Shown: piece after piece, positions 61,101 through 64,000 of the stretch | Position numbering within the stretch: position 1 is the stretch's first letter | Layout of the letters: each line of letters opens with the position of its first letter | From: Amoebophrya sp. A120 | Taxonomy: Eukaryota > Protista > Dinoflagellata | Length of the DNA: 64,000 nt | Reading direction: 5' to 3' | Assembly: GCA_905178155.1 (NCBI GenBank) | Contig: CAJINV010000011.1 | Coordinates: forward strand, 643,982-707,981 | Notes under the pieces: generated by a model | Told to the model about the DNA's origin: nothing | Databases searched by the model: none | What the model saw: only the letters and a program-made list of their open reading frames with translations | Translations under genes and position numbers: made by a program

Positions 61101-64000
61101 AAACATGCAAGACAAACGACCTCTGTCATGCGCCAAATGCTTACGAGTCTAGTTTCGTGTGTGTTTTGCCTTATGAACTCTGCATACACAAGTTTTCTTC
61201 GTCATGCGAGGCAAATTTGTAATGCTGAACTCACTACAAATGTGTAACTGTAACACTTTCTCTCTTGGATACGGAACTCCTGCAGCTCAGCCGGCTGGCG
61301 TTTGTGCAGAATGTTGGGGAGGTTGGTCGATGTGCAGCAGGAGATGATCGACCTGAACGTCCTGCGCGCGACGAGCCGGAGGGTACTAAAAATGTTGCGT
61401 CATCTTCGACCTCGGAGGCCGAAGGGGGGAATAGTAGCAGCACGAGCTGCGACAAGAAAATACTGAATCAGGTCCAAAACAAGAACAGCTCCGCGGGCAG
61501 CAGCAACTCTTTGTCCAAAAAATCAGAAGAAGATCTTCATTCCGATTGGTACGGGAAGAGTAGTGCGGCCATTCTGTTCCCTGAATTCAAGGTGCAAATG
61601 TTGAGAAACAAGATTGCGCTGGGGGAGGACTGTTTGATGGACTTGGATCTAGGGCCGGAGCAGGAGCTGATTTCCTTTCTCACCGTGTTTGACTTTCTGA
61701 ATGCCATTGCGGAGCAGGTTTCTAAGGATCTACTGCAGACAGAAGTACTAGAAGTAGACCATGAAGACCACAGGAAAGAAGAAGAAGAGCAGGACAAGCA
61801 GCAGGGCGCATCTCCTGCAACTCGTCGTCGTCGTGGTTGTTCCGAAGGAGCTGTCAAATTCAATGCAAGTACAACATCCCAACACCAGCAGTGGCTTTCC
61901 TTCTCCAAGCATTTCACCAAGACGCTTTTTGCCTACGACTTTTTGGGTGCCGAAGTGCTCCCCTATTGCAGTGAAAAGTGCCCCCCACCCCTGAAAGTGC
62001 AAAAGTTGTGATGCGAAGTTTCCAAATGAAAGCTTTCTGTCATGCATGGAAGGAGTATGGATCTTTCTGATGCAGAGTCTAGACGTATATCGCATCGCTT
62101 GCATGACAAGCGCCGCTCTTTCTGGGCCCTTTTGCAATACAAATTTTTGCTATTCACGATTGAAAACCTGTGATGCTGATAGATGCAAGAGCGCGAATGT
62201 TTCATTTGGAAAGGTTTGCAATACAAATGCTTTCAAGTTCGGGGGTGGGGGGCATTTTTCATTGTAATATCCCCAGCGAGATGTTTTCCGAGAGCCGGTT
62301 GGGGAAGTCACCGTTTTGCGTATCGTAAAGAAAAATGCCCCCACCCCCGAACTTGAAAGCATTTGTATTGCAAACCTTTCCAAATGAAACATTCGCCCTC
62401 TTGCATGTATCAGCATCACAGATTTCCGATCGTGAATAGGAAAAATTTGTATTGCAAAAGATCGCAGCAAGAGCGGTGCTTGTCATGCAAGCAATGCGAA
62501 ACACCACTAGAATCTGCATCAGAAAGATTCATATTCCTTTCATGCATGACAAAAGGTTTTCATTTGGAAACTTCGCATGACAAATTTTTGCAACTTTGGG
62601 GGTGGGGGCTTTTCACTGTAATATTGCGTGCGGAAGTTTTTCCGAAACCGGTTCGAGGAGTTGGTCGGGGACATTAAAAGCACGGGCCGCGGGAGTTGTA
62701 GGAACGATTTTTCTCCTACCACCAATGGTTGTAGTGGTACAACTAGAATTACCTCCGCTCTCTCCTTCTTGAAGCGCAGTATCTACGAGGCGCGGTTTGG
62801 GAAACTGCAAAGAACTTCTGGGATGAAGAATTCGCTGGATAGAGTTAAGGAATTGCAGGAAAGGAGCAAATTCTTATCCCCACTGAGCGTCGTATTTCAA
62901 CATGTCCCGGACGCCGACCGAAATGTCGCAGAAATAGAGGCGTATTGGAAAAAGTTGCACGGGCAGAAACAACGACAGCGAGCCTTGCAGCGGCTAAGAC
63001 GACTGTACGCGGCCGGGACGCTGAAAGTGAGAAAGAAAAAAGCTCGAAGTGCTAGTACTCTTGGGAAGATGAAACAAGTGAAGCTGCGAGGTGAAAAGCA
63101 CGAAATTGCCTCAGAAAAAGATGGCGAAGATGCGGGAGATAGAAACAGAAAAAGCAGTACTTGCTCTACCGCCGTCGTTGTCCCCGGCACGAACGTTGTG
63201 TTTGCGTATTTGCTCCTGGGACGAGGTCTACACCTGGAGGAAGATCCTCAACAGCGGAACGTCGTAGCAACAGGCAAAACCTCGAAAGTCGAAGCTGCCA
63301 CAGAGATAAAAGCATCGAAAGCTGCGGCGATAGATGCAAAAAGCAACTCCTCCTCGGAAGACGCTGCGGAAGTGCAAAAAGGTAGGACCGAAATGAGCAA
63401 GAATGCTACTTCTACCGGTGCCACAAAGACCATAAAGAACTCGACTCTGCTTCGCAACTCCGGTTGGTCCACGCTTCTGGACTACCACAGTTTTATTTTA
63501 CCCAGTGTGGAGGATGCACAGGTACAGGAGTCCCTCCAAGAAAGCAACTCGAAGAACGTTGCCGCGGCGTGGATCAAGAAGAACGCGCGGTCCTCATCAA
63601 TCCAGAAAGAAAACCAAGTCTTGGCCGAGCGAGCGTTTGCGAACCTTGTGGACCTTTCCTGGAACGAGAAGCAGCAAGCAGTGTTGGCAGGCTTGGCGAA
63701 GGTGCTCAGCGGGTATTTGCGGCCAATGCGGGAGATTTTTGGCAACTTCGCGGGAAGACGTAGACCAGGTTCCACCGCTAGTAGGTGTGCAATGGACCAC
63801 CACACCACTCATTCATCATCCGCGACAGAGCCGAATACAGAGGAAAATACGCCGTTCTCGTCGCGATTTCAGTTTGAAGATCCGGAAGTGAGCAAACAGT
63901 ACTGGTCGAAACGTTACCGGGACAACGCAAACGACCTCTTCGTCGTGACAGAAAATCAACGAAGCGGCACAACATCAGGAGCTGCGACTTCTGCTTGTTC
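40156..64000 (+). CDS. giant multi-exon protein (about 6,700 codons or more): acidic repetitive N-terminal part, short RI-like LRR segment; start unresolved, 3' end beyond window
   Basis: ORFs 40159, 40495, 40911, 41419, 47326, 48739, 50147, 50774, 53874, 58103, 61265 and an open frame 62629-64000 join after removing 12 TIR elements and GT-AG introns (40765-40865 tentative, 53363-53512, 58017-58195). LRR-like segment: LHLKDCCLTPGNCRTIIDALMECQVQCHSIDVSENGLGDKGLDLIVHYVQASPYPPAKLDLSEN. Confidence 0.65.
40330..40562. mobile_element. introner-like element, family A, right terminus truncated
   Basis: tatggattgtaaaaacgtctgggtctgga ... ccagacccagacacttt; interior closely matches 60746-60997; followed by an extended exon duplication. 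Confidence 0.8.
41085..41344. mobile_element. introner-like element, family A
   Basis: tatgaaatgtaaaaatgtctgggtctggaaga ... tcttccagacccagacatttttgcatttgata; DR GGGCG; removal gives WNRA-SPRT. Confidence 0.9.
41550..42115 (+). repeat. coding imperfect tandem repeats (NHSEQDHSE/QSEHSVHD)
   Basis: Recurring attctgagcaagatcattcggaa and gagcactctgtgcacgac units. Confidence 0.8.
44185..45580 (+). repeat. coding repeats: 3x (DDESSSSxEEEEDEESPSVQQ..VNNLAQHQGQH), several PAVNN units, 3x (QHQGA..NEGSSSSWETDSSSEE)
   Basis: Visible at both DNA and protein level in ORF 41419-47157. Confidence 0.8.
47086..47365. mobile_element. introner-like element, family A (diverged)
   Basis: tatcgaaggcagata ... tatttgcactcgata; DR AGGAC/AGGAT; removal gives SEED-VVVHS. 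Confidence 0.8.
47371..47613 (+). repeat. 27-bp coding minisatellite, 9x VxVHSEDED
   Basis: gtcctggttcactcggaggacgaggac-type units in tandem. Confidence 0.9.
48437..48698. mobile_element. introner-like element, family A (262 bp)
   Basis: tatcaactgcaaatatgtctgggtctggaa ... ttccagacccagagacatttgcatgtgatg; DR GCATC; removal gives LRH-LDDDD. Confidence 0.9.
49464..49741. mobile_element. introner-like element, family B
   Basis: tatcctgagtaaaaacgtcccaacccatag ... ctatggggtggggacgtttttacatatgata; DR GAGTG. Confidence 0.9.
49815..50085. mobile_element. introner-like element, family A
   Basis: tatcaaatgcaaaaatgtctgggtctgg ... ccagacccagacatttttgcatttgata (28-bp perfect TIR); DR TGCAG. Confidence 0.9.
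50530..50842. mobile_element. family B element (diverged) that forms a canonical GT-AG intron 50529-50843
   Basis: gaag|GTATCCGGAGCAGAAAC...GTTTTTACTCAGGACAG|tctac gives EEE-VYYEEE; no 5-bp DR (GAAGG vs GTCTA). Confidence 0.8.
53363..53512 (+). other. canonical GT-AG intron
   Basis: agg|GTGAGT...cacAG|acc joins LRR-like sequence in frame. Confidence 0.8.
53618..53880. mobile_element. introner-like element, family A
   Basis: tatcaaatgcaaatacgtctgggtctgga ... ttccagatgcagacatatttgcaatgcatt; DR ACGTC; removal gives VHYV-QASP. Confidence 0.9.
58017..58195 (+). other. canonical GT-AG intron
   Basis: cag|GTATGG...accAG|aaa, T-rich interior; joins EVEQQ to KTFPQ. Confidence 0.7.
60746..60997. mobile_element. 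introner-like element, family A
   Basis: tatcaaatgcaaaaatgtctgggcctgga ... tccagacgcagacacttttacatttgata; DR TGAAG/CGAAG; removal gives YLK-WQLG. Confidence 0.9.
61060..61271. mobile_element. introner-like element
   Basis: tatgcaaagaaaaaagtgttacagttacacatt ... aatgtgtaactgtaacactttctctcttggata; DR CGGAA; removal gives FSE-LLQ. Confidence 0.9.
61964..62269. mobile_element. introner-like element, family D
   Basis: tattgcagtgaaaagtgccccccacccc ... ggggtggggggcatttttcattgtaata; DR TCCCC; removal gives VLP-SEMF. Confidence 0.9.
62321..62623. mobile_element. introner-like element, family D, inverted relative to 61964-62269
   Basis: tatcgtaaagaaaaatgcccccaccccc ... gggggtgggggcttttcactgtaata; DR TTGCG; removal gives SPFC-VRKFF. 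Confidence 0.9.

Overview
Eukaryotic genomic DNA with one assembly gap (5811-6170). About 14 protein-coding genes all lie on the + strand. They include a Der/EngA double GTPase, NAF1, a METTL7-like methyltransferase, an L/F-transferase-like protein, a RanBP2-type zinc-finger protein and a giant (about 6,700 codons or more) acidic/LRR protein that runs off the right edge. There is also a truncated Ty1/copia element on the - strand. The dominant signal is at least 26 MITE-like insertions inside coding sequence, mostly 109-313 bp. They begin TAT, end ATA (or ACA/ATG/ATT), carry terminal inverted repeats and are usually flanked by a 5-bp direct repeat. Removing the element plus one repeat copy restores the reading frame at every junction I checked by hand, yet most cannot be GT-AG introns, and same-family copies occur in both orientations. 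These are non-canonical, transposon-derived introns (introner elements). Together with gene co-orientation and a spliced-leader-like relic in the LTR, this points by inference to a syndinian dinoflagellate such as Amoebophrya, where such elements have been reported. All exon structures are manual predictions without transcript data.
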